DNA of 64,000 bases from a virus: positions 8,003 through 72,002 of IMG/VR virus record IMGVR_UViG_3300013137_000015, one strand, 5' to 3'. The position numbers and the translations under genes were made by a program. Below are positions 9,653 through 19,574 of the stretch, piece after piece (within the stretch, counting starts at the first letter, position 1; each line of letters begins with the position of its first letter). The notes under the pieces were generated by a model. It was not told where the DNA came from. It ran no database searches and saw nothing but the letters and a program-made list of their open reading frames with translations.

Positions 9653-10825
9653 ATGATAATAAAAATAAAAGGCAAAAAAGATTTAATATTCAATGACTAT
9701 AATAGTTTTTATGAATATGTTAAGATTAATATTATAAATAATCTAAAATTTGATTATTTATCTAAATTAGAAATATTTTACAATAATAATTCTAATTTCG
9801 ATGGTATAAAAAATTTTAAATATATTGTTCGAAAATTATATTATAATACAACACACTTAAATAAAGAATATTGGATATCCAGAGGATGGAATAATGATGA
9901 AGCTCTTTCTAAAATAAAAGAAATTCAAAGAAAAAATTCTAATATTTCTCAAGAAAAATCTAAAAAATTGAAAGAAAAAGATTATTTAAAATGGTGTGAG
10001 TCTCGTACAACTAAAAAAGAATACTATCTTAAAAAAGGATTGTCTGAAGAAGAATCATTAGAAGCTTTAAGCAAAAGACAATGTACATTTTCGTTAGAAA
10101 AATGTATAAACAAATATGGTGATGAAGGTCTTAATATTTGGAAAAATAGGCAGGAAAAATGGTATAATAAAATTAAAAATTATAATTTTGATAAAAATTC
10201 ATCATCATCGACATATTTTAAAAACAAATATGGAAATGATTGGATAATATATGCAATAAATAAATTATCATTCATAAATAAAGAATTTATAAAAAATATT
10301 ATAAAAACAAGTAGTAATGATTTTAAAAAATTTTTAAAGGAATATTCAAAATATAAAACCATTATTTCTTTACAGGATTTATATTTTTTATATAACTCTA
10401 ATATTTTACTAGAATTTTTTAATCTTACTAAAAATGAAATGATTGATATTATAAAAAAAGAATTGAATATTAAAATATTATCATTCGGAAATATTAGATA
10501 TTTCAATGGGCATATATGTAGAAGTAATGGTGAATATTATATCGCTAAAAAATTAAAAGAAAATGATATTACATATATTTATGAAAAAAAATATACAAAT
10601 AGTAATTATATTTGTGATTTTTATATACCAAAATATGATTTATACGTAGAATATCTGGGAATGATAAAAAGTGACTACACTAAAAAGAATCATCCAGAAA
10701 TATATTTTAAATATGTAGAAAAATATAATCAAAAAGAAATATTTTGTAAAGAAAATCATATAAATTATATGTATGAAAAAGACTTTAAAATAATAACACA
10801 AAAAATAATAAACTATGGAAATTAA
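9653..10825 (+). CDS. Free-standing homing endonuclease between the split-intein halves
   Basis: EYW..RGW / KYG helical repeats; C-terminal RSNGE..YEKKY..CDFYIP..VEYLG PD-(D/E)XK motif. Confidence 0.75.
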   Translation: MIIKIKGKKDLIFNDYNSFYEYVKINIINNLKFDYLSKLEIFYNNNSNFDGIKNFKYIVRKLYYNTTHLNKEYWISRGWNNDEALSKIKEIQRKNSNISQEKSKKLKEKDYLKWCESRTTKKEYYLKKGLSEEESLEALSKRQCTFSLEKCINKYGDEGLNIWKNRQEKWYNKIKNYNFDKNSSSSTYFKNKYGNDWIIYAINKLSFINKEFIKNIIKTSSNDFKKFLKEYSKYKTIISLQDLYFLYNSNILLEFFNLTKNEMIDIIKKELNIKILSFGNIRYFNGHICRSNGEYYIAKKLKENDITYIYEKKYTNSNYICDFYIPKYDLYVEYLGMIKSDYTKKNHPEIYFKYVEKYNQKEIFCKENHINYMYEKDFKIITQKIINYGN

Positions 10826-11225
10826 AATCAAAGATTTTTATGAATTAATAAAAAATAATTCAGGTACATATGAAGTTAAAACTCCAGATGGATTTAAACC
10901 AATAGGTAATATTTATAAAAAAAATAATAAGATAAAGTATAAAATATTATTTGAAAATAATATTGAATTAATAGCTTCTGAAGATCATCTTATACAAACC
11001 GATACAGTTAATGTATCTGAAAACGATTTAAATTTAAATATAGAAATATTAGATAATAATACTTGGTTAAGATTAAAAAATCTTAAAAAATCCGATAAAA
11101 TATTAACCAAAAATGGTTTATCATTTCCAAAAGAAATTACAAAAATAGGTTATGGTGTAACTTATGATTTAGAAGTATTAGATAAAGAACACAGATACTA
11201 TTCAAATGGTATTGTTTCACACAAT
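10815..11225 (+). mobile_element. Split intein C-fragment (IntC, 137 aa)
   Basis: VKTPDG, ASEDH (block B), YDLEV (block F), YYSNGIVSHN (block G), +1 Thr. Confidence 0.88.
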
Positions 11226-13058
11226 ACTGGAAAATCCGCCATTGTTAATGGTCTTGCACAACTTATTATTAAAGGCGAATGTCCTACAAACCTTTTAGAT
11301 AAAAAGATTCTTTCTATCGAAATGAGTTCTTTGGTGGCTGGTACTAAATACCGTGGTCAATTTGAAGAAAGAATGAAGGCTATCATTGATGAATTGAAAA
11401 AGAGAAATGATGTTATCATTTTTGTTGATGAACTACACACAATGGTTGGAGCTGGTAGTTCATCTGGTTCTCTTGATGCCGCTAATATTCTTAAACCAGC
11501 TCTTGCAAGAGGACAAATTCAATGTATAGGTGCAACAACATTTGATGAGTACAAAAACTCTGTAGAGAAAGATGGTGCATTGGAACGCAGATTTCAAAAA
11601 GTTATTATTGAACCACCTACAGCAGAAGAAACAAGAATCATTCTTGAAAAATTGAAAGAACGTTATGAAGATTATCATAATGTAAAGTATACTGATGAAG
11701 CAATAGACCTTTGTGTAAAATTAGCAGACCGTTTCATCTTTGAAAGATCATTTCCTGATAAAGCCATCGATATTCTTGATGAAGCTGGTTCACGCACACA
11801 AATAAGCAAATCTATACCAGAACACATTAAGAAAATGAGCGAAGAAATAAAAAAAGTCATTGCTCTTAAACAATCATCAGTAAAACAACAAGATTTTGAA
11901 AAATCTGTCGTTTATCGTGACAAAGAAAAAGAACTTAAGAAAACTCTTGAAACTACTAAAGCAGAATGGAAAGAAAAGGTGGCTCAGAATGCACAAATAG
12001 TAGATAGTGATGAAATTAGAAAGGTAGTGTCGATGATTTCAAAGATACCTGTTGAAAAAGTATCAACCAATGATGCTAAAAAGTATCTTGAACTCGAAAA
12101 TATTATGAAGAAAGAGATTGTTGGACAAGATGAAGCAGTATCTCTTGTTGCAAGAGTTCTTAGAAGAAACAGAACAGCCATCTCAAACCCTAATAAACCT
12201 ATTGGAACATTTATGTTTCTTGGTAATACAGGCGTAGGTAAAACAGAAACAGCAAAAGTTATTGCAAATGAGATTTTTGGACCCAATTCGCTGATCAGAA
12301 TTGATATGTCTGAATACTCTGAAAAAATCTCTGCATCAAGACTTACTGGAGCAGCACCAGGATATGTTGGTTATGAAGAAGGTGGTCAATTGACTGAAGC
12401 CGTAAGGCGTAAACCTTTTTCAGTTGTTTTATTTGATGAAATTGAAAAAGCACATTCTGACATTTATAATGTACTTCTTCAAATCCTTGATGAAGGTCGT
12501 TTAACAGACAATACAGGTCGTGTTGTTAATTTTAAAAACACTATCATTATAATGACTTCTAATGTTGGTGTTAAAAAGGCTCAAGCCTTTGGTAAAGGTG
12601 TTGGATTTACAACTTCTTCATCTCTTAAAGAAGAAGAAACTATTAAAAACAACATTATGAAAGAGTTGAAAGATAAATTTGCACCAGAGTTTTTAAACCG
12701 TGTAAACGAATTGGTTACATTCAATCAACTGAATGAAGAAAATATCAAGGAAATTGTAAAAATTCAGATGAATAAATTGAAAAAACGCATTGATGACATT
12801 GGATATGTTTTAAGTTGGACTCCTTCCGTAGTTGATTTTATCGCTAAGGAAACTTATGATCCTATGTACGGTGCAAGACCTGTTGAAAGAGGTATTCAGA
12901 AATTAGTAGAGGATATGATTTCAGAAGAACTTCTAAGAAATGAACCTTCATTGGGTTCTACCATGAAATTAAAATTCAGTAAGAAAGATAATAAACTTTC
13001 TGTGGCTTTCAACGAAAAGCCAACACTTGAATTGCCATCAGGTGATGTGACTGAATAA
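10815..13058 (+). CDS. clpC: Split-intein C-part fused to the remainder of a ClpC-type AAA+ ATPase
   Basis: 137-aa Hint region ending SHN, then TGKSAIVNGLAQ, FVDELH, GATT, LERRFQ, UVR-like middle region, GNTGVGKT, FDEIEKAH, GVGF ClpP-docking loop, GARP. Confidence 0.92.
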   Translation: MEIKIKDFYELIKNNSGTYEVKTPDGFKPIGNIYKKNNKIKYKILFENNIELIASEDHLIQTDTVNVSENDLNLNIEILDNNTWLRLKNLKKSDKILTKNGLSFPKEITKIGYGVTYDLEVLDKEHRYYSNGIVSHNTGKSAIVNGLAQLIIKGECPTNLLDKKILSIEMSSLVAGTKYRGQFEERMKAIIDELKKRNDVIIFVDELHTMVGAGSSSGSLDAANILKPALARGQIQCIGATTFDEYKNSVEKDGALERRFQKVIIEPPTAEETRIILEKLKERYEDYHNVKYTDEAIDLCVKLADRFIFERSFPDKAIDILDEAGSRTQISKSIPEHIKKMSEEIKKVIALKQSSVKQQDFEKSVVYRDKEKELKKTLETTKAEWKEKVAQNAQIVDSDEIRKVVSMISKIPVEKVSTNDAKKYLELENIMKKEIVGQDEAVSLVARVLRRNRTAISNPNKPIGTFMFLGNTGVGKTETAKVIANEIFGPNSLIRIDMSEYSEKISASRLTGAAPGYVGYEEGGQLTEAVRRKPFSVVLFDEIEKAHSDIYNVLLQILDEGRLTDNTGRVVNFKNTIIIMTSNVGVKKAQAFGKGVGFTTSSSLKEEETIKNNIMKELKDKFAPEFLNRVNELVTFNQLNEENIKEIVKIQMNKLKKRIDDIGYVLSWTPSVVDFIAKETYDPMYGARPVERGIQKLVEDMISEELLRNEPSLGSTMKLKFSKKDNKLSVAFNEKPTLELPSGDVTE

Positions 13059-13070
13059 GAACAAATAACT

Positions 13071-13104
13071 AAAGTCCAAACAATTTTTTTGTTTGGACTT
13101 TTTT
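13071..13104 (+). terminator. Intrinsic terminator after clpC
   Basis: AAAGTCCAAACAA-ttttt-TTGTTTGGACTTTTTT. Confidence 0.7.
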
Positions 13105-13368
13105 GTATCTTTGTACTGTTGTTTAATCATAATCAAAATTTATATGACTCTCGAAAATGCCAAAAAATTAGTTGACAAATTAATGAGTAAAAACTTCAAT
13201 AGTATTTTATAATGAATAAACAAAAATTAGAAAAATAGTATAAATATTTTATAATATATAAAATTTTACTTATCTTTGCATTCGTGTTCCTATAGCACAT
13301 TAAACTGTAGGTGGTGGCGTTTAAAGTGGATTAACGTCAAAATCCTCTCACAAAATAATATTATTTTT

Positions 13369-14460
13369 ATGACTATTCAAGAGTTTAATTCATTTATTAA
13401 TGATAAATGCCAAGGTGCAAAACCTTTATTCGTTGTTATTAGAGGATCACATGCTTATGGCACAAATACATCAACCTCAGATACAGATTATGCTGGTGTA
13501 TATATTCAGAAACATGATGATATATTGGGAATTTCATATAAAGAACAAATCAATGATGAAAAAAATGATATTGTATTTTATGAAATTAAAAGATTTTTAG
13601 AATTATTAAAGACTAATAATCCAACAATATTAGAATTATTAAACACACCAGAAGATTGTATTTTATTCAAAGACCCATTGTTTGATTCCATCTTAGAAAA
13701 TAAAAACTCATTTATTACAAAAAAATGTAAAAATAGTTTTGGTGGTTATGCTAAGCAACAAATTTCTAAAGCTATTGGACAAGATAAAAAACAAAATTGG
13801 GAAAAAGAAAGAATTGAAAGAAAACAACCTATAGACTTTTGTTATATTCATTTAAATGAAAAATCAATTCCTTTAAAAGATTATCTTCAAAATAATAATC
13901 TTTCACAAGAATTGTGTGGATTATCAAAAGTTCCTCATTCTAAAGATTTATTTGCATTATTTTATGATTTTTCAAACACTCATAATTTTAGAGGAATAAA
14001 TTTTGAAAATTCTAATGATATAAGATTAACCTCTATACCAAAAATGTCAAATTTTATAGGATTAATATCTTATATAAAAGATGCTTATTCTACTCATTGT
14101 AAAGATTTTAATGAATATCAAACTTGGCTCAAAAACAAAAATGAACAAAGATGGATTGATGTGAAAAATCATAATCAGAAAATTGATGGCAAAAACATGA
14201 TGCATTGTAGAAGGCTTTTAAATATGTCAAGAGAAATTGCTTCAGGTAAAGGTATTATTGTTAAAAGACCAGATTCTATCGAATTATTAAAAATAAGAAA
14301 GGGTGAAATCGATTTACAAACATTAATAGATTCTGTTCAAAATGACATTAAAGAAATAGATTTATTATTTGATAATTCAAATTTACCAGATGATATAAAT
14401 GACAATTTAATAAATAATATACTTGTGAAAATCAGGAAAGACTATTATAAAAACTTTTAA
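13369..14460 (+). CDS. Nucleotidyltransferase (Pol-beta superfamily, T4 NrdC.11-like)
   Basis: GSHAYGT..SDTD motif, YEIKRF..L..NNP..LE, K.MMH..RLL, L.KIRKG; ATG at 13369 preferred over the upstream TTG. Confidence 0.8.
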   Translation: MTIQEFNSFINDKCQGAKPLFVVIRGSHAYGTNTSTSDTDYAGVYIQKHDDILGISYKEQINDEKNDIVFYEIKRFLELLKTNNPTILELLNTPEDCILFKDPLFDSILENKNSFITKKCKNSFGGYAKQQISKAIGQDKKQNWEKERIERKQPIDFCYIHLNEKSIPLKDYLQNNNLSQELCGLSKVPHSKDLFALFYDFSNTHNFRGINFENSNDIRLTSIPKMSNFIGLISYIKDAYSTHCKDFNEYQTWLKNKNEQRWIDVKNHNQKIDGKNMMHCRRLLNMSREIASGKGIIVKRPDSIELLKIRKGEIDLQTLIDSVQNDIKEIDLLFDNSNLPDDINDNLINNILVKIRKDYYKNF

Positions 14461-14665
14461 ATAATAGATATTTTTTATATTTACGGCTTAATCCAAAATT
14501 ATCATTAAATCTATTGTTTCTTTTTTCAACATTTTGTTTTTATTTTTATATATTAAAAAATAAAATGTAAAAAATTCAAATATTACTGAATATGGGTTAA
14601 AACGAAAAAAGTTGAATTTACAATAAAATATATAAATTACTAATAATTAAAAAATCACACACTAC

Positions 14666-14902
14666 ATGGGAATTTGGGAAGTTGTATATGTAACTTTTGC
14701 ATTTAAAAATGATAAAGGAATTGAAATAGAAAAAACGAAGACACATATTGTCTTTGGTGAAACAAAAGAGGACGCTAAGAAGAACTTTGAAAAAGAAATT
14801 ACAAAATTCAAAAAGATTAATTCTATCACAGAAGATAGAAGTAACACACTCGCTAATTTATGTCCTGAATTAATAAAGCTTAGGAATCAAATGCCGAAAT
14901 AG
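14666..14902 (+). CDS. Hypothetical protein
   Basis: 78-aa ORF with phage-like composition. Confidence 0.55.
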   Translation: MGIWEVVYVTFAFKNDKGIEIEKTKTHIVFGETKEDAKKNFEKEITKFKKINSITEDRSNTLANLCPELIKLRNQMPK

Positions 14903-15573
14903 TTTTCGTACAATTTATTAACACTTTCAAAAGATTGTACAACACTTGGTATTTCTGGAGTTTTCTTAGATTTTAATAATCTATTTATTTTCTTTACTAT
15001 AACACTTATTATTTGTTTCAATGATATTGTCAAAACTCCTATACCTGTACTAACAAGTGCGCCTACTGGATTTGTCATAATCTTATCAAATGTATTAAAA
15101 TCTAATTTATAAAGATTAATAACATCAATAATAGCAACTGAGAGAGGAACCAAAAGTGTCGTATATGCTATCATATCCATCATTCCTTTGATAGTTTTTC
15201 CAAAAGTAGTTGCAATTGTTTCAAATAGTTTTGTGAAATTTTTTAAAGTACTTATAAACTTATCAAGCAATTCTGTTAAACCTTTTTCTTTTATTAAAGT
15301 CATCATCTTATTTATATTATCTTTACTTTCTTTAAATAAAATGGAAACCGCACAAATAGATAATAATACTATATCTTGGTCTGATAATTTATACATTTCA
15401 GTGTTTTTGACTATTGATTCAAAAAACGGATATAATGCAGCAATAGAAGTACCGAAAGTCGCAACACAATATAAATTAATACCCAAATCTTTAGTTACAA
15501 GTCTTTGTGTTTTGTACCATTTATTAAAAAATAATCCTTCAGATAATTGATTATAAGTCTTTAAAGTTCTCAT
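14887..15573 (-). CDS. Hydrophobic, possibly membrane-active protein with capsid-targeting-like leader
   Basis: Starts MRTLKTYNQLSE; several hydrophobic helices; late box at 15580-15590. Confidence 0.7.
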   Translation of the reverse strand: MRTLKTYNQLSEGLFFNKWYKTQRLVTKDLGINLYCVATFGTSIAALYPFFESIVKNTEMYKLSDQDIVLLSICAVSILFKESKDNINKMMTLIKEKGLTELLDKFISTLKNFTKLFETIATTFGKTIKGMMDMIAYTTLLVPLSVAIIDVINLYKLDFNTFDKIMTNPVGALVSTGIGVLTISLKQIISVIVKKINRLLKSKKTPEIPSVVQSFESVNKLYENYFGI

Positions 15574-15689
15574 ATGTTCTATATATTAAAATTTTCAAAC
15601 AATAAATATTTTAAATCATATAACTACATGATAATTTTTTTATTTAAAAATATGTTCTTATCTTTGTATTAATATTAAAATAAACAGAT

Positions 15690-16088
15690 ATGCAAGAAAA
15701 CGACAAAAATGTGTATGTGACTAAAACTCTGGTAGAGAAAACTGAATTTTCTGAATTGGATTTTGATTTATATGATGAATTCAGGTTCTCATGCGATGAA
15801 GATAATGATTTTATAGAAATCGAAAAGGGTCGTGGTTATGCTGATACATACCCAATAAAAATCGAAAAACTTATTGAGAAATTACAATCTCTAAAAGAAA
15901 AGGGTTCAACACATGTTGAATTAAGTTATCTTTGTGACCACATAGGTTATAACATCGATGGTTACAAAATGGAACTATCAAATAATAAAGATATTTCTGA
16001 TTATAAGATTAAAAACAAATTTGAAAGAGATAAATACGAGAAAATAAAAAAATTACAAGACGAGATTAGGCAAATTGAAAGAACCTAA
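15690..16088 (+). CDS. Hypothetical acidic protein
   Basis: 132-aa ORF behind TATCTTTG and AAAC-N18-TATAAC motifs. Confidence 0.7.
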   Translation: MQENDKNVYVTKTLVEKTEFSELDFDLYDEFRFSCDEDNDFIEIEKGRGYADTYPIKIEKLIEKLQSLKEKGSTHVELSYLCDHIGYNIDGYKMELSNNKDISDYKIKNKFERDKYEKIKKLQDEIRQIERT

Positions 16089-16141
16089 TCCGTTTTTTTA
16101 TTCGAATAACAATTAATAATTTTACATTAAAATAAAAATTT

Positions 16142-17023
16142 ATGGCACGAGCAAGACGAATTGAAAAAACCTACGATAAGGATGCTATTTTCGTAACACT
16201 TGATAACCTCAAACTTTCAAGAAATAATAATAACATTCTTACTCATTACGATGACAGGCTGATAGCAAACACAATCGTAACAGATAAATATGAACTTTTT
16301 GATTTTCCGCCATTTGCTAAGCAAGTGATTGCAGAAATTGAAAACTATTTCTCACCTGAGAAATATGAACTCAGAATTACAAAAGGTCAGCAAGAACTTC
16401 GCCTTATTGGTGAAGACATTCTTATCAATGACCATCGTTATCGCAAAATGTTCAGCATTTTGAACTCAACTGATAAATCAAGGGCTCTTCAAATTAACAT
16501 TGGTCTTATGAGATATGTACAATCAGTATATATCAATGGTGTTATTATTGGTGATGAATATTCTGGTCTTAGAACCAAACACTTCAAGGCTACTATGCCA
16601 GAAAGAGTTGCTAATTTTGTAGAAATTCTTAAAGACTTTGATATTATCATCAATTCACAGAAAAAAGCACTTGAAGAACTTGCTAATAAATCTGTTTCTT
16701 TCAAGAAACTTGCTACAAAAGTTGCTCTTGATGAAGATGGCGTTATGAATGATAACAAAGCTCTCAAACTAAGAGCATTTGCAAAGAGACTTCTAACATC
16801 TAAAATAGATGGTATTGAAGGATTGGATGATACTCAGTTACTTCTTTTAAGAAATCCTCATTTCTTTAACAAGCCTGAATATGCAAATGTTGATTTTGAA
16901 ATTCCTGCACTCAAAGCTCTTAACTGTTGGACAGAAGTTTATAAATTATATGATTCTTCAGTTATCAGAAGAGAGACAAAGAGAATTATTGACCTCTTTG
17001 CTGTTGAAGAAACCAAAGAATGA
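16142..17023 (+). CDS. Hypothetical protein (weak DUF932-like resemblance)
   Basis: 293 aa; ILNSTDKSRALQINIGLMR..NG..KH pattern. Confidence 0.6.
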   Translation: MARARRIEKTYDKDAIFVTLDNLKLSRNNNNILTHYDDRLIANTIVTDKYELFDFPPFAKQVIAEIENYFSPEKYELRITKGQQELRLIGEDILINDHRYRKMFSILNSTDKSRALQINIGLMRYVQSVYINGVIIGDEYSGLRTKHFKATMPERVANFVEILKDFDIIINSQKKALEELANKSVSFKKLATKVALDEDGVMNDNKALKLRAFAKRLLTSKIDGIEGLDDTQLLLLRNPHFFNKPEYANVDFEIPALKALNCWTEVYKLYDSSVIRRETKRIIDLFAVEETKE

Positions 17024-17103
17024 ATGGTGAACGGCTGGGTATTGGCTTTCGTTGCCGATGCTCAATTAACCACAAATAATTGTTAAATGCTAAACTAAAA
17101 AAT

Positions 17104-17337
17104 ATGAATGAACTTTCAAAAAGCCCACAAGACAATGAAGCTAATTTATCGGTTGTTTTTCGTCCTAAAACACGAGGAGAATTACTCGATAAATTAAAGC
17201 AAGGCATAAGGTGTGAAGTGGTTGCATCAAACGAGGAAATAACATCTATTTGTTTAGATGGTTGGTTAAAATTTGCAGGTAAGTATAAAACCTACCCATC
17301 TGATAATATTGGTTGGGTTATTTACGAGACTCTTTAA
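17104..17337 (+). CDS. Small hypothetical protein
   Basis: ATG at 17104; its 5' end overlaps an imperfect inverted repeat at 17030-17157. Confidence 0.55.
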   Translation: MNELSKSPQDNEANLSVVFRPKTRGELLDKLKQGIRCEVVASNEEITSICLDGWLKFAGKYKTYPSDNIGWVIYETL

Positions 17338-17594
17338 AATAACTGTCGTTGAAGAACTTGAAAGAAGAGATTTCAAATAATGACACAGGGTGGCATGAAT
17401 GAAACAGATACCATTATAAAATGGTAGATATGAAAAAAGAAATTATGATGTATTTTGTTTGAAAGACGGTGGGATTTTCCATTTGATAAACTTACAGAAG
17501 ATGAACAAAAGGATATCTCTCTTGAAATAATTGAAGGAAGATATTCTATTGATGATACTTTTCAAGGTTAATTAAAAAAGTTTACATTTCGATG

Positions 17595-17622
17595 CAACTT
17601 TTTTAATATATTAGAGTATAAT
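17595..17622 (+). promoter_or_regulatory. Putative middle promoter CAAC-N18-TATAAT upstream of the sigma factor
   Basis: Matches the recurring AAC-N18-TAnAAY motif. Confidence 0.45.
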
Positions 17623-17751
17623 ATTGGATACATGAGAAACAGTTAAAATTTTCTAAAGTCTTGGTCTTTAACCATAAATAATAGAGAAAATCTATTGTAA
17701 TTCTTTTTGTGTCTCAACTACTAAAAAATAATAACTAATTTAACTGATTTT

Positions 17752-18351
17752 ATGAATCATTTCGAAAAGAAATTTGAACAAAAGACTGGATTGAATTTCC
17801 AAAAGTTCTACAAAGACCAAAAGCCAAAGCTTACTTGGTATTTGTCAAAATGGACTAAAGACTTAGAAGTATCAGAAGATTTTGCGGATGATGCTTTTGT
17901 CAAAGCATTGATGAGTATTGATAGTTATGATGGTGTAAAGGCGCAAGTTCACACTTGGCTATACACAATAGCTGTAAACTTCGTAAAGAAGGATTATCAA
18001 GACAAGCAGAAACTTCCTTTAATTTCTATGGATAAGGAATTGTCTAATTCAGCTTCAATTAACATGTTCTTGCCTTATGTTGATGGTACAAAAGATATGA
18101 CTAGGTATAAAGAAATCTGTAAAAAAGCAGAAATAGTTAGAGATGCCATCTTCAGTATGTCAGAGAAACAACACAAGTATAAGAAAGTTCTTATTATGAG
18201 AGAAATTGAAAATATGTCTTATAATGAGATTTCTGACTCATTAAAATTAAACCTTTCAACAGTTAAATCACAGATTAAAAAAGGTCGTGAATTAATTTCT
18301 AAGAAAGTAGAAAAGAAATTGTCTTTTATAGACGAACATGGTTTAGAATAA
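17752..18351 (+). CDS. RNA polymerase sigma-70 factor, ECF-type
   Basis: Region 2 SEDFADDAFVKA..TWLYTIAVN; region 4 MSYNEISDSLKLNLSTVKSQIKKGR. Confidence 0.9.
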   Translation: MNHFEKKFEQKTGLNFQKFYKDQKPKLTWYLSKWTKDLEVSEDFADDAFVKALMSIDSYDGVKAQVHTWLYTIAVNFVKKDYQDKQKLPLISMDKELSNSASINMFLPYVDGTKDMTRYKEICKKAEIVRDAIFSMSEKQHKYKKVLIMREIENMSYNEISDSLKLNLSTVKSQIKKGRELISKKVEKKLSFIDEHGLE

Positions 18352-18355
18352 TATT

Positions 18356-18380
18356 AAACCCCACTTCGGTGGGGTTTTTT
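18356..18380. terminator. Bidirectional intrinsic terminator
   Basis: AAACCCCAC-TTCG-GTGGGGTTTTTT between convergent genes. Confidence 0.85.
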
Positions 18381-19128
18381 ATTTAAACAATCTATTGAAC
18401 GCGGTTTTGAAAAATTCAGGTGTTATTTCACTTGATATAAAATATCTATCATTATTTTTGCATGTAAAAGCTGTAGTTCCAATTCCTCCAAATGGATCAT
18501 AAATTATACTTTCATGTGGAAAATAAATATCTAATAACTTAGAAACTAACTCTGTTGAAAATGTTGCTTTAAGATTTGTTTTTATACCATCATTATTTCG
18601 GGCTTCAATATAATTTGTGTAGTTTTTGTAAAATTTTTGACCAGTATTTTCGTTTATCTTACTAATCTCTTTATTTGTAATAAAATCTTGTAAATTTTTT
18701 TTATGTACCAATACATATATTAATTCACAAAGTCTAGATAATTTTGTTGGACTTGTTTGAAAAGGAATACTATTAGATTTTTTCCATATAATTATATCAG
18801 CAACAGTTAAGTTAGTCAGTTTATCTACATCATACATTAATTTTGTTGGTAATATCGGATTTTCATTGTGATAACTAATATTATAGCATATTACTCCTTT
18901 ATCATGTAATATTCTGTCGAATTCGACAAATTCATTTATTCTTAAATCAATATAATCTTTTTCTAATAAGTTATCAATATCAGAATAACCATTATTATAA
19001 TAACAATCTTTTCGTTTTGTTGTTATATTATAAGGCGGACTTGTTATGATACCTGAAATATAATTATCAGGTATTTTTTTCATGGTAATTATGTTATCCT
19101 CATTATACAGAGTGTTTAATTTAATCAT
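18379..19128 (-). CDS. DNA amino-methyltransferase (N4-C/N6-A, beta class)
   Basis: ITSPPYN catalytic motif followed by DPFGGIGTT SAM motif; likely start MIKLNTLYNED at 19128. Confidence 0.85.
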   Translation of the reverse strand: MIKLNTLYNEDNIITMKKIPDNYISGIITSPPYNITTKRKDCYYNNGYSDIDNLLEKDYIDLRINEFVEFDRILHDKGVICYNISYHNENPILPTKLMYDVDKLTNLTVADIIIWKKSNSIPFQTSPTKLSRLCELIYVLVHKKNLQDFITNKEISKINENTGQKFYKNYTNYIEARNNDGIKTNLKATFSTELVSKLLDIYFPHESIIYDPFGGIGTTAFTCKNNDRYFISSEITPEFFKTAFNRLFK

Positions 19129-19296
19129 TGAATCAAATATTATTTTTTCTTGATAAACCATCATATTATGTTTTATTTTATAATCAGATTTTAAACATTT
19201 GTTGAATAATTCTCTTCTACCCTTGTGTAATTTTACACAACCATCGGCGAATAAAAATCCCAACCAATAAGATTTTTCTTCAGAATATTGTTTCAA
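19129..19296 (-). pseudogene. LAGLIDADG endonuclease N-terminal remnant
   Basis: SEEKSYWLGFLFADGCV in frame upstream of the methyltransferase; rest of the domain absent. Confidence 0.55.
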
Positions 19297-19343
19297 AATA
19301 AAATAAATTTAAAACAAAAAATAATATATAGAATATATTTAGT

Positions 19344-19574
19344 ATGCCAGAAGAATGTAAATGTTCATGTTCAGTAAACAATAAAACCAAAAAGAAACCA
19401 AACTTATTAAATAAATTATTGTTATGGTCTATAACCATATTCATGGTAATGTCCTTGATTATAATAGCTTATTCGCTATGGATTTTAATAATTGGAATTG
19501 TTGTAATTGGATTAATAATCTTTGGTTCTATTGAATTTTTTAATAGATTAAATAAAAAGAAGAATGAAATATAG
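19344..19574 (+). CDS. Small membrane protein
   Basis: Two hydrophobic stretches in 76 aa. Confidence 0.65.
   Translation: MPEECKCSCSVNNKTKKKPNLLNKLLLWSITIFMVMSLIIIAYSLWILIIGIVVIGLIIFGSIEFFNRLNKKKNEI

Noticed and set aside
9595-10814. Group I intron interrupting clpC
   Set aside because: Only ~55 nt of non-coding DNA lies in the gap and the nuclease ORF overlaps the next start, leaving no room for a ribozyme core; both halves have their own start and stop and intein motifs.
13284-13345. Pistol ribozyme
   Set aside because: The 5' part (CGUG..CAC.UUAAA) is reminiscent, but the P2/P3 arrangement and conserved downstream residues are missing.
17340-17575. Possible gene between the small ORF and the sigma factor
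   Set aside because: Only short coding-like fragments in different frames; probably decayed sequence and not callable.
18379-19296. Genuine LAGLIDADG-methyltransferase fusion
   Set aside because: Only the first helix of the nuclease remains, the start is a weak TTG, and a normal methyltransferase start exists at 19128.
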